Shown piece by piece: positions 24,455 through 35,959 of a stretch of 64,000 nt of DNA (its first letter is position 1; every line of letters starts with the position of its first letter). Both the position numbers and the translations under genes were made by a program. The DNA lies in the NCBI RefSeq assembly GCF_963921235.1, contig NC_086097.1, positions 133,798,001 to 133,862,000 of the forward strand. Direction: 5' to 3'. Source of the DNA: Mobula hypostoma. Taxonomy: Eukaryota. The notes beneath the pieces were generated by a model. That model saw nothing but the letters and a program-made list of their open reading frames with translations. It was not told where the DNA came from and made no database searches.

Positions 24455-27380
24455 TAGATTCAAAGTTCAAAGTAAATTTGTTATCAAAGTACATATATTT
24501 CACCATATACAACCCTGAGATTCATTTTCTTGTGGGCATTCACAGTAAGCACAAAGAAACACAATAGAATCAATGAAAGACTGCACAAAACAAGATGGAC
24601 GAACAACCAACCAACGTGCAACAGACAACAAACTGTGCAAGTCCAAAAGAGAAAAATAATTTAAAAATTAAGCAATAACTATCAAGAAAATTAGATGAAG
24701 AGTCCTTGAAAGTGAGTCCATAGGCTGTGGGAACAGTTCAGTATTGGGGTGAGTGTAGCTGAATGAAGTTATCCTCTCTGGTTGAAGAGCCTGATGACTG
24801 AGGGATAATAACTGTTCCTGAGCCTGGTGGTACGTTCAGAACATCTGTGCCTTCACTGCTCAGACGTACCACCTTCCTGATGGCAGCAGCAAGAAGAGAG
24901 CATGGCCTGGATGGTGGGAGTCTCAGATGGTGGACGCTGCTTTCCTGTGACAGCGCTCCATGTGGATGAGCTCAGTGGTGGGGAGAGCTTTACCCGTGAT
25001 GGACTGGGCTGTATCCACTACTTTTTGTAGACTTTTCTGCTCACGTGCATTAGGGTTGCCATACCAGGCTGTGGTGCAACCAGACAATATACTCTACGCT
25101 GCGCATTTATAAAAATCTGTCAACATTTTAGACAGCATGTCAAATCTTTGCAAACTTCGAAGTAGAAGTAAGGAGCGCTGCATGCTCTCTGTGCAATGGC
25201 ACTTGTGTGCTGGACCCAGGACAGATCCTCTGAAATGATAATACCAAGGAATTTACAGTTGCTGACTGTCTCCTCCTCTGATTCCCCGTTGAGGACTGGC
25301 TCATGGAGCTTTGGTTTCCTCCTCCTGTAGTCAATAACCAGATCTTTGGTCTTGCCGACCTTGAATGGGAGGTTGTTGTTAAGGCACCACTCAGCCAGAT
25401 TTTCCTCTCTATATGCTGACTTGTCACCATATGTGATTCAGCCAGTGACAGTGGTGCTGTCAGCAAACTTAAATATGGCATCAGAGCTGAACCTAGCCTT
25501 ACAGTCATCAGTATAATGCAAGTCGAGCAGGGGGCTAAGCACACAGCCTTGTAATTGTGGAGGAGATGTTGTTGCCAATCTGAACTGACTGGGGTCTGCA
25601 AGTGAGGAAATGAGGATCCAGTTGGCTAAGAACAATTGAGGGCTAGGTCTTAAAGCTTATTAATTAAATTTAATGGTATGTTAGAAATGAATGGTGAGCT
25701 GTAGTCAATGAGGACCATTCTGATGTATGGGTCTTTGTGCCCAGATGGTCTAGTGTTGAGTAAATACTTTATTCTTCATTGTCACCAAACAATTGATACT
25801 AGAACGTACAATCATCACAGCGATATTTGATTCTGCGCTTCACACTCCCTGGAGTACAAATCGATAGTAAATATTAAACATTTATTTTCTATTTATGATT
25901 TATAATTTAGAAAAATGGAAAGTAAGGTAGTGCAAAAAAAAACTGAGAGGCAGGTCTGGATATTTGGAGGGTACGGCCCAGATCCGGGTCAGGATCCGTT
26001 CAGTAGTCTTATCACAGTTGGAAAGAAGCTGTTCCCAAATCTGGCCGTATGAGTCTTCAAGCTCCTGAGCCTTCTCCCGGAGAGAAGAGGGATGAAAAGT
26101 GTGTTGGCTGGGTGGTTCATGTCCTTGATTATCCTGGCAGCACTGCTCTGACAGCGTGCGGTGTAAAGTGAGTCCAAGGATGGAGGATTGGTTTGTGTGA
26201 TGTGCTGCGCCATGTTCACAGTCTTCTGCAGTTTCTTCCGGTCTACCAATAACCAATGAAATAGCCTCTTGTTGACCAATTGTGACGATAGATAAATTGG
26301 AGTGGATCGAAGTTTCTTCTCAGGCAGGAATTGATATGTTTCATCACCAACCTCCTAAAACACTTCATCACAGAGGATGTTAATGCTGCTGAATGATAGT
26401 CATTGAGGCAGGTTATTATGTTCTTCTTAGGCACCAGTATAATTACAACCCACTTGAAGCAGGTGGGCACCTCAGATTGCTGAAGCGAGACATCAGTGAA
26501 TACTCCAGCCAATTGATCAGCACAGTTCTTTAGCATTCAGCAAGGTATCCCTCTGGGCTGGATGCTTTACAAAGTTCATCCTCCTGAGAGATGCTTTCAC
26601 GTCAGCCTCAAAGACTGAAATTACAGGGTCATTGAGGGCTGTGGGAGTTCACCAAAGCACCTTCATGTTTTGCTGGCCAACACAAGCATAAAGGCTTTGA
26701 ACTCATCTGAGAGCGAAACCTTGTTGTTACCTAAGTCACTTGGTTTCACTTGTAAGAGGTGATAGCATTCAAGCCTGACACACCTACTGAGCATCCTTCA
26801 GCGATTCAAGTTTGGTCTGGAATTAGCATTTTGCATGTAAGATGGCTTTCGTGAGATCATACCTGGACTTCTTGTCACCAGTTCTGAACACCCTTAGCAG
26901 ATTATGGATTTGTTGGTTCATCCCTAAGCTTTTAATTAGGAAAAACTCTGAATGATTTTGTAAGGTCACACTCATCTAGGACTTTTTTATAAAGTCTGTG
27001 ACAACCGTGGCAATCAGCTCCTCCAATGAGCCCTTGAACACAGCCCAGCCCACCGACTTGAGACAATTCCATAGCCGCTCCTTCAACTCCAGCGAACAGC
27101 TTCTTGTTCTTCTTATCTCCAGAGTCTTACTTCTGCCTGTACGCAGGTAGGAGGATAGCCAGATGATCTGATTTGCTGAAATACAGTCTCAGGATGGTAT
27201 GGCAGACATTTCTAATCATAATAAAACAGTGGACGAGTTGGGACTCCTTCCGGTGCAGGTGGTATGCTAACCAGGCAGGGATTTTCTCAAATGAGTCTGA
27301 TTGAAGCCCTTGGCAATGAGTTGAAAGGCATTGTGGTAGGTTGTTTCTTTTTTGCTGATTGCAGCACTCAATACCTTGGT
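24455..27380 (-). mobile_element. Rex1/Babar LINE (endonuclease end, RT, 3' tail), decayed, split by a nested Rex1 at 25762-26245
   Basis: [45 protein letters not shown]. Confidence 0.85.
25762..26245 (-). mobile_element. Younger Rex1/Babar 3' fragment nested in Rex1
   Basis: DRKKLQKTVN..HPANTLF..SGRRLRSLKTHTARFGNSFFP; own AATAAA tail. Confidence 0.85.
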
Positions 27381-27599
27381 GATGTGAAAACTGCAGTCAG
27401 GATCACAAAGGAGAACGTTGTTGGTAAGTAGAACAGTCGGCACTGAATTATTAGATCTTCCAGGTCAGGGGAACAAGGCCACTATGTTTGAGTACAACAA
27501 AGGGATTACCATGAAATACAGCCCTCCCCGCCTTTGCCCTCTTCGAATCAGATTGGTGTATGTAGTACCAATCAAGTTGGCTTCTTTAACCTGCATGGT

Positions 27600-28790
27600 A
27601 TTGGTGAAGCTGCACTCATTCAGGCAAGTGGACAGTATTCCGTCACTCTCCTGACTTTAAGATGGTGAGAATGTTTGGCGTGTTAGGAAGTGAATCACTC
27701 CGTGATTGGTCCAATTAGATTTCTGGTCAACTGTGATACCCAGGTATTGATGGTGGAAATCGGCAATGGCGATATGTTTGAAAATCAAGAGTAGGTGGTT
27801 AGACTCTTGTTGGAAGTTGTCATTGTCCGGCACTTCTGTATGACATTTGCTGCTTGCCATTATACAGCCCTAGTGTCTAAGCATAATAAAAGGCAAGAAC
27901 TAATGTCTAGCTCTTGCTGTAGGTGAGCTGTTGCATTTGCTGAGGTGTGGGAATGGAACTGAACATTGCAATATCATCAGAGAACTTCTCAGTTCTGACC
28001 TTATGATAGAAGGAAGATCTTTACTTCCCTGTGAAATTCCTACAGTGATGTCCTGTGGCTGGGATGGTGGATCTCCAACAACCCCAACCATTTTCCTTTA
28101 TGCAAAAGAATCTCCAAGGATTGAAAATTCTTCCTTTGACACCCATTGACTTCACTTTTACTAGGGTATTACAGCACCACCATGTCATATGATTTCAAGG
28201 ACAGTTACTCTTGATGGAATTTAGCTTTTTCGTACATGTTTGGACCAGGACCATGATAAATTCTGGAGATAATTTGTCCTGGCAAATTCTGAACTGGGGA
28301 GAGATGGAAGACTGCAGGTACTGGAATCTGAACAAGACAGGAGATGCTGGGGGAATTCAGTGAATCAGGCAGCATCAAAGAAGGAAAATAGGCCGCCGAC
28401 GTTTTAGAATGAGAAGCTTCATCTTGAATACATTCTAACCTGGGCAATGGTGAGCCCATCATTGGAGAGTAAATGATAATTGATGGCGAGTGACACTGTC
28501 CAGCCCTCTGTTGCTGTTCCAGAGTAGACTGATTGGGGTGGGGGAGGAGGCAGGGTAATTAATGAGATCAGATTCATCCTGCTTATTTAGAACAGGGAAA
28601 ACCCAGGTAATTTCCAATATTATCAGGCAGATTCCAGTGTTTAAAAACAGACTGGAACAGCTTGCCCAGAGGCAAAGCTTGTTCTGGATCTCAGTCTGCA
28701 ATACTATAGCTTTGAAGTTATCTGGTCCCACCAAGTTCTCAGCATTCAATCCTCCTGGCTTTCATCTCCACCATGCAGGTTACAGAAACC
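27600..28790 (-). mobile_element. Ancient CR1/L2-group LINE remnant with a PLE pLTR fragment at ~28300-28430
   Basis: Residual GPDNF, WVFPVLNKQD and VGISQGS motifs in minus-strand ORFs. Confidence 0.5.
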
Positions 28791-29123
28791 ACTAACAGCC
28801 CATTAGAACACCGAATACTAGAATATTAGAATGCAGTACAGGGACTTCAGCCCATAATGTTGTGCGTCCATCATGCGATGCAAAGAGGAGCAACTGAATA
28901 ACATAGGGAGGAAATGATAGATGGGCAAGAGGCAGAGGGATTAGACTAGGCCACTGCTGAAATGAGCCAAAGGTTTTATTGGAGCAATGCTCCAAGTTAG
29001 ATTGGTTAGAGTTGAAAGCATATTCTGTCCTTGTCCAGTTGATGAGATTTGCAGTGAGCTAGCTTGGATTGTTTTCTCTGGAGCATCGGAAGCTGATTGG
29101 AGACCCAAGAGAAGTTTATAAAA

Positions 29124-29344
29124 GCAACACATATCAAAGTTGCTGGTGAACACAGCAGGCCAGGCAGCATCTCTATGAAGAGGTGCAGTCGACGTTTCAG
29201 GCCGAGACCCATCATCAGGATCTCGGCCTGAAACGTCGACTGCACCTCTTCCTAGAGATGCTGCCTGGCCTGCTGCGTTCACTGGCAACTTTGATGTGTG
29301 TTGCTTGAATTTCCAGCATCTGCAGAATTCCTGTTGTTTGTTGT
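29124..29344. mobile_element. Short fold-back (palindromic) PLE pLTR insertion
   Basis: 86-bp inverted arms 29122-29207 and 29221-29306 with a 13-nt spacer; TSD-like AGAA(G/A)TTTATAAAA at 29110-29123 and 29345-29358 within a decayed CR1. Confidence 0.9.
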
Positions 29345-29708
29345 AGAAATTTATAAAATTGAGAGAGATATAGAAAAGATAGAAAATCAGAAACATTTCC
29401 CCAGGGTCGAAACATATGATACTTCAGGTCACGTTTAATGGAGATAGGTGCGACAAGTTTCTTACACAGTTGCCTGGAATGGGCTGGTCATAGGAGAACA
29501 CGGGATGGTGGCATTTAAGGTAGATACATGCATATGGAGAACATGGAGGTGTGTGGACCATCTGCAGCAGAAGGGACCGTGTTCGATACAGACATTGTGA
29601 GCTGAAAGGCAAACACGAGGAAATCCGCAGATGCTGGAAATTCAAGCAACACACACAAAAAATGCTGGTGAACGCAGCAGGCCAGGCAGCATCTATAGGA
29701 GGAGGTAC

Positions 29709-29744
29709 AGTCGACGTTTCGGGCTGAGACCCTTCCTCAGAACT
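29709..29744 (-). ncRNA. Minimal type I hammerhead ribozyme in PLE pLTR
   Basis: Minus strand reads AGTT CTGAGGA AGGG tctcag CCC GAAA CG TC GACT. Confidence 0.8.
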
Positions 29745-31552
29745 AACTGAAAGAAGAGCTAGTAAGGGATTTGAAAGTGGGAGGGGGAGGGGGAGATCCA
29801 AAATGATAGGAGAAGACAGGAGGGGGAGGGATGAAGCCAAGAGCTGGAAAGTTGATAGGCAAAAGAGATATGAGGCTGGAGAAGGGAGAGGATCATGGGA
29901 TGGAAGGCCTAGGGGGGGGGGAGAATGGGGAGGAGGAAAGCCCAGAGGATGGGCAAGGAGTTATAGTGAGAGGGACAGAGGGAGAAAAAAGAGAGGGGAA
30001 AAAAGGGGGAAGAGAAAAAAAACTAATAATAAATAAACAAATAAGGGATGGGGTACGATGGGGAGGTGGGGCATTAGAGAAGTCAGTGTTCATGCCATCA
30101 GGTTGGAGGCTACCCAGACGGAATATAAGGTGTTGTCCCTCCAACCTGAGTGTGGCTTCATCTTTACAGTAGAGGAGGCCGTGGATAGACATATCAGAAT
30201 GGGAATGGGATGTGGAATTAAAATGTGTGGCCACTGGGAGATCCTGCTTTCTCTGGCGGACAGAGCGTAGGTGTTCAGAAAGCGGCCTCCTAGTCTGCGT
30301 CGGGTCTCGCCAATATATAGAAGGCCACATCGGGAGCACCGAATGCAGTATATCACCCCAGCCGACTCACAGGTGAAGTGGCGCCTCACCTGGAAGGACT
30401 GTCTGGGGCCCTGAATGGTGGTAAGGGAGGAAGTGTAAGGGCATGTGTAGCACTTGTTCCGCTTACAAGGATAAGTGCCAGGAGGGAGATCGGTGGGAAG
30501 GGATTGGGGGGGGGAACGAATGGACAAGGGATGGCACTTGCAAGAGACAGGGTGGGAAGAGGAATAGTCCAGGTAGCTGTGAGAGTCCATAGGCTTATAG
30601 TAGACAACAGTAGATAAGCTATCTCCAGAGATAGAGACAGAAAGATCAAGAAAGGGGAGGGAGGTGTCAGAAAAGGACCATGTATACTTGAGGGCAGGGT
30701 GAAAGTTGGAAGCAAAGTTAATGAAGTCAACAAGCTCAGCATGCATGCAGGAAGCAGCGCCAATGCAGTCGTCGATGTAGTGAAGGAAAAGTGGGGGGAC
30801 AGATACCAGTATAGGCTTGGAACATGGGTTGTTCCACAAAGCCAACAAAAAGGCAGACATAGCTGGGACCCACAGGGGTGCCCATGGCTACACCTTTAGT
30901 TTGGAGGAAGTGGGAGGAGCCAAAGGAGAAATTATTAAGAGTAAGGACTAATTCCGCTAGACAGAGGAGAGTGGTGGTAGAGGGAACTGGTTAGGTCTGG
31001 AATCCAAAAAGAAACTGAGAGATTTGAGACCTTCCTGATGGGGCATGGAGGTATATAGGGACTGGACATCCATGGTGAAAATAAAGCGGTGGGGGCCAGG
31101 GAACTTAAAATCATTGAAAAAATTCAGAATGTGAGAAGTATCATGAACATAGGTGGGAAGGGATTGAACAAGGAGGCATAAAACAGTGTCGAGGTATGCA
31201 GAAATGAGTTTGGTGGGGCAGGAGCAAGCTGAGACAATGGGTCTACCGGGACAGGCAGGTTTGTGGATCTTATCCCCATCCCTTTTTTTTTCTCTTTACA
31301 CCTTTTTTCTCTTTTTCTCCCTCTGTCCCTCTCACTATAACTCCTTGCCCATCCTCTGGGCTTTCCTCCTCCCCATTCTCTCTCCCTAGGCCTCCCATCC
31401 CATGATCCTCTCCCTTCTCCAGCCTTGTATCCCCTTTGCCAATCACCTGTCCAGCTCTTGGCTCCATCCCTCCCCCTCCTGTCTTCTCCTATCATTTTGG
31501 CTCTCCCCTCCCCCTCCCACTTTCAAATCTCTTACTATCTCTTCTTTCAGTT

Positions 31553-31588
31553 AGTCCTGACGAAGGGTCTTGGCCCGAAACGTCGACT
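31553..31588 (+). ncRNA. Minimal type I hammerhead ribozyme in the inverted PLE pLTR
   Basis: AGTC CTGACGA AGGG tcttgg CCC GAAA CG TC GACT, with all core bases and pairings intact. Confidence 0.87.
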
Positions 31589-32056
31589 GTACCTCTTCCT
31601 ATAGATGCTGCCTGGCCTGCTGCGTTCACCAGTATTTTTTTTTGTCTGTTGTGTGAGCAGACAGGCCTGTGCCTGTGCTGTACTGCTCTATGTTCCATGG
31701 TGGCATGGAAATGGGGGTCTGAACTCCCTGTTTCAAGGCTGTATGACTCTCTCACCTTCTGGCCACACAGACTAGATATAGGGAGAATGATTCCCTTGGC
31801 TGGGGAGTCCCGGGGGGTGGTCACTGTCTGAGGACACTGTTTTGCAATTTGGAACTGTGATCGGGAGAATTTCTCCACCCAGAGAGTGATGAACATTGCC
31901 AATGAAGGCCCCTGTTACATACATTTAATAGTGTTTTAATTGCAAAGGGAAGCAAGTATATAGGGAGGAGGTAGGTACAGGGGACTAAATGGATGATCAG
32001 CCATCATCCCACTAAATAATGGAGCAGATCTGATAGGCCAAATGGCTTTTTCCTTC

Positions 32057-32291
32057 CACAAACAAGACAAAATCTGCAGATGAAGGAAATCCGAGCAACA
32101 CACACAAAACGCTGGAAGAACTCAGCAGGCCAGGCAGCATCTATAGAAAAAAGTACAGTCGGCCTTTCAGGCCGAAATCCTGAAAGGAAACCCTGTCCTG
32201 CCAAAGAGTTTTGGCCCAAAACGTCGACTGTACTTTTTTCATAGATGCTGCCTGGCCTGCTGAGTTCCTCCAGCATCTTGTGTGTGTTGCT
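32057..32291. mobile_element. Short fold-back PLE pLTR insertion (second subfamily)
   Basis: Inverted arms ~32094-32177 and 32209-32291 meeting at decayed hammerheads; lies in a CR1 3' tail. Confidence 0.85.
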
Positions 32292-32425
32292 GGCCTTTCT
32301 CTTTCTCCTGTTTTCTGTGTTTCTAAATTAATGAATATTACTAACCTGTAAAGTTATTGTCAAAAGCTCTTACCCAATAGATTGTTCTCCTCTACTGAAA
32401 TGAATAAGTTTGTTGTTGTATCCAG

Positions 32426-32504
32426 CTGGAGTAGATTCCTCATGTCGATTCTGGAGAACTGCCCACAACTTCATGTGTTACCATTGTACTCAGGCAGTGT
32501 GTAG
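32426..32504 (+). CDS. Candidate terminal coding exon of the + strand host gene ((C)WSRFLMSILENCPQLHVLPLYSGSV*)
   Basis: Acceptor tttgttgttgtatccag|; phase-2 reading joins exon 2381-2481 in frame; TAG 32502-32504; AATAAA 32624-32629. Confidence 0.55.
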
Positions 32505-32623
32505 TTGAGGCAACGCATGTAAAAAGCTGACAGCAATCACTCATTCTGTCTAAATGTCCTGAACTTGCTAACACTCACATGGCAAAATGCCAGCCCTTCT
32601 TATATTATCACATTTCACATGGC

Positions 32624-32629
32624 AATAAA
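32624..32629 (+). promoter_or_regulatory. Candidate polyadenylation signal
   Basis: AATAAA 120 nt after the predicted stop, followed by T/GT-rich sequence. Confidence 0.4.
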
Positions 32630-32915
32630 TTTTGTTTGATGGCACAGAATATTTTGCCACAACGTAATATGAGTTTATGATCTGGAATGCATTACCAGGA
32701 TTCAATAAGAAGCTTCAAAAATAAGCTGGATAAACACATCAACAGAACTATGTGGAGCTGTATGCAAAGACCACGAGTGGGAATACTTATACCAACTTTT
32801 TTTCCAAGAACCAGCACAAGCTCAGTAGGCTGAATGGCTTCTTTCTGTGCTGCAATATTCTAGAAGGTAGCTGCTTCTAGTTAGGAAAGCTATCAGTAAG
32901 AATCATAAGTCAATG

Positions 32916-33409
32916 CACTGTGTGATCACTCAATTAGGTACATGTGCTCACTAATGCAAAAATTTAATCAGCCAATCATGTGACAGCAACTCGAGGCATA
33001 AAAAGCATGTAGACGTGGTCATGAGGCTCAGTTGTCGGTCAGACCCAACATCAGAATGTGGAAAAAATGTGATGTAAGTGATTGATGGTGCCGGATGGGG
33101 TGATTTGAGAATCTCAGAAGTTGGTGATCTCCTTGGAGATTTTCAGACAACAGTGTCTAGAGTTTACAGAGAATGGTGCAAAAACAGCCAGCGAATGGCA
33201 GCGCTGTAACGAGAGAGCTCAGAGAATAGCCAGGATGTTTCAAGCAGACAAGAAGGTGACAGTAACACAAATAACCATGCATTACAACAGTAGTTTGCAG
33301 AAGAGCATCTCTGAACACACAACACACCAAACCTTGAAGTGGATAGGCTACAGCAGCAGAACAGCATACCAGATTCCATTCCTGTGCCTAATAAAGTGGC
33401 CACTGAGTG
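32916..33409 (+). mobile_element. Non-autonomous, internally deleted Tc1-family element
   Basis: Imperfect TIRs cactgtgtgatcactcaattaggtac / gtgcctaataaagtggccactgagtg; transposase HTH remnant RIARMFQADKKVTVTQIT..ISEHTTHQTLKWIGYSSR. Confidence 0.8.
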
Positions 33410-33854
33410 CATTCCTTTGAAAAATCATATAATTAGTCTTGCAACCTTTCTACAAAGTGAGTGGTACAATCAATTGGATTTTATTTCTGTCACAAAGTTC
33501 GCCTGGTTCTCAACCAATTCAGACTCTCAGTTCCCATTCAAATCAAATGTGTTGGTAAAAGACACAATATGCTGCCTCATTCTATTCAGATGAAACTGAG
33601 GGAGATTGAAGGTGAATGGACTGATATTTGGTATTAGAGATGAATCTGCTACCCGTTCCAGAGACCAGTGCAAACTCTGCTTACATCATTAAAAATAAAA
33701 GTGACAGGAGTCATTTGAGCATGTTTGTGGCATTGAAGACAGCCTACAACCACACCATTTAGGAGCTGGACTTGACATTTTGAGAAACTGCATGGGATAT
33801 TCTGACATTTATCCACTCACTTGCTTCAAGGCATGAAGAACAATTCACAGTGAC

Positions 33855-35752
33855 TTAAATATCATTACAGTGTTTATTAAGCCTGTTATTGCAAAAAAGA
33901 TCCATAATGGTAGTAACATCTTTATGAAACATAAAAAGAGACATTGTTTTTTTTTTCATTTTCTCAGTGTTGTGCTTGGAAAATCTAAATATATATTTTT
34001 ATCATACAAATGATTTGTTTTCTCTTGTTAATTTTAATAAATAAGTGCACGGGTTATTAAGACGCATCCACATATTCCGTCACCATCAGAGGAATCCAGC
34101 TGGCTTCAAAAAAGTCTCAGATTTTATTTTATTTTAAAAAAGAGTTGGTCTCACTAATGTGGCAGAAGTTTAAAGTTGTGAGTTCAGGGGAAATATACAA
34201 AGCAGTCAGTAAGATAGCAAGGAAGTACTGTGCACTTGCAAAGGGACGAGAGTGATGTGTGTACCAACAATGGGTAAAATTTAAACACAGTAGAATCTAC
34301 AATCAGTGTTTTAAGTTATCACATTTAAATATTTTACATATGTACATGTCTTCCCAGAAAGGGGCAGTGCAGCATTACATTTCTTCAACTTTTTTTATAT
34401 AAACTAAAAAGATCAAGTAAGGAAACACGTCTTGTACCTGAACATATATACAGCAGATACCATTGCATCGTGGTAGTGAGGGTAAATATACAACATGCCC
34501 TGGTAGGGAGAGGGTAACAAGGATCTCTGCTACCCTTAAGATCTAAAATGGGAAGAGGGTCAGCCGTGAGGTGAAAGAGAATCGAATACTACTAGCAGAC
34601 ACTCTTAGTCGCATGGTAAGTGGGTGAATATAAAATACAGACTGGTTAATTATTCTTATCATTGAGAGGGGAGATAGGCCAGGAATGTGTTAGAAATAGC
34701 AGGGTGGCAGTCTTATTTAACTCAGATACCACATGAAGCTCCCTCCATCCCGGTTCTGACATAGTTTGGCATCCAGGACATATTGGCGAGTCAGGATACA
34801 AGCACTTTGCTGAGTTCACTTTGCAGGTCAGTATCGTGTTTTTATCACTTGTGTAAACCTGTTTCCGTCTTTGAAACATGCCATTAAAGACAGGTGATCA
34901 GGTGATTAAATAAGTTTATACAAGTTAAACTCCAATAGTCTAGCACACTCAGGATTTTGATGGTATCTTACAGGCAGATTTTCTGGACTATAGAACATTA
35001 CTCCAATAATACCCCAAAGCACTTTTTTAACATGTATTACTAGTGTAATACATCTTCAGGCAAGCCCAATAAGCTTAAAGGGAAAAAAATATGTATATAT
35101 ACAGGCACTCTGGACTCTATCTCCTGCAACTATCCTGCTCAAATTCCTAACCTCTGGTGTTTTGAACATCCAAATAATGGATCTGGGCCACAGCCCCTAT
35201 CCTTATCCCATCACTCACTGTAATCCCAGCTCCAGCCGCTGATCCCAACTAGACACTGGGTCCTCCCATTCATATCCTGGACTCATAAGTGAGCCTGATG
35301 CCAAACAATCGGGACGCTAGGTTATCAGAGTTTTACTGTACTGGGGCTAAAACAAAAGATTCAAAAGATGAACTTGTCAGTCTTACAGTTTTGATTCAGT
35401 TTCAATGAAGTACAGAGATAATTTTAATTGTTACCTTCCCTTTTATCCTTTCCCATCCCTGCAGTTGCTCCTATTATTGCTACTTGTCTATCCTGATGGA
35501 AAACTTGATGGACAGATGTGTGCAGACACACAAAAGAACCTATTTGGACTGGTGTGTCAGCTCATCTTTATCAAGTTTTGTATGGGTATTTTTTGCAGGC
35601 ACGCTTCATTACCCCAGAATGGTACGCCTGAAATGTTTGACGGTTCTGCCGTCTCTTCTTTCCACTTCAAGCCCGCACACATTGTTAGGAAGCCTTCCAG
35701 GGTGAGTTATGGAGAAGCTTTGGCCAACTTCCGCAAGAGAATGAATCGATGC
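33855..35752 (-). other. Candidate terminal exon / 3'UTR of an unidentified - strand host gene
   Basis: Largely TE-free and AU-rich. Minus-strand AATAAA at 33873-33878, TGTANATA motifs at 34339-34346 and 34445-34452, acceptor tttccctccaag| at 35753/35752. Confidence 0.5.
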
Positions 35753-35959
35753 CTTGGAGGGAAACTATAGATATTATTGTCCCAGTTCAGCTAGGGGCAA
35801 GACAGCCCAGGAAAGGAGGAAACACCTACTATTTACTGCTGACACAAAGCAGTCACTCCTCAGAGATGAGACCTCCTATTCACCTGAAGCCTGTGTACAA
35901 CATGGCCTGTGCACACACACATCCTCCACTTATTTATGGAAGCCCGGTGTGCTGACCCT

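Larger units (their letters stand above)
29611..31651 (-). mobile_element. Penelope-like element: partial RT, GIY-YIG, 3' pLTR and an inverted 5' pLTR (31270-31651)
   Basis: YIDD, LPFLDL, YYKPMDSHSYL (PLE RT/thumb), CKRNKCYTC, IYCIRCSRCGLLYIGET; internal deletion near 30530; TSD-like TGTGAGC.GA.AGGC at 29596-29610 and 31652-31666. Confidence 0.95.

Noticed and set aside
6340..32291. Recurrent ~36-bp partly palindromic repeats suggestive of CRISPR repeats or bacterial REP elements
   Set aside because: They are dispersed in both orientations, embedded in PLE pLTRs, with no spacers or cas genes. The sequence is vertebrate and the motif is better explained as a hammerhead ribozyme.
35405..35770. 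121-aa + strand ORF with a hydrophobic N-terminus
   Set aside because: No recognisable domain or + strand gene context; surrounding signals favour a - strand exon or UTR.
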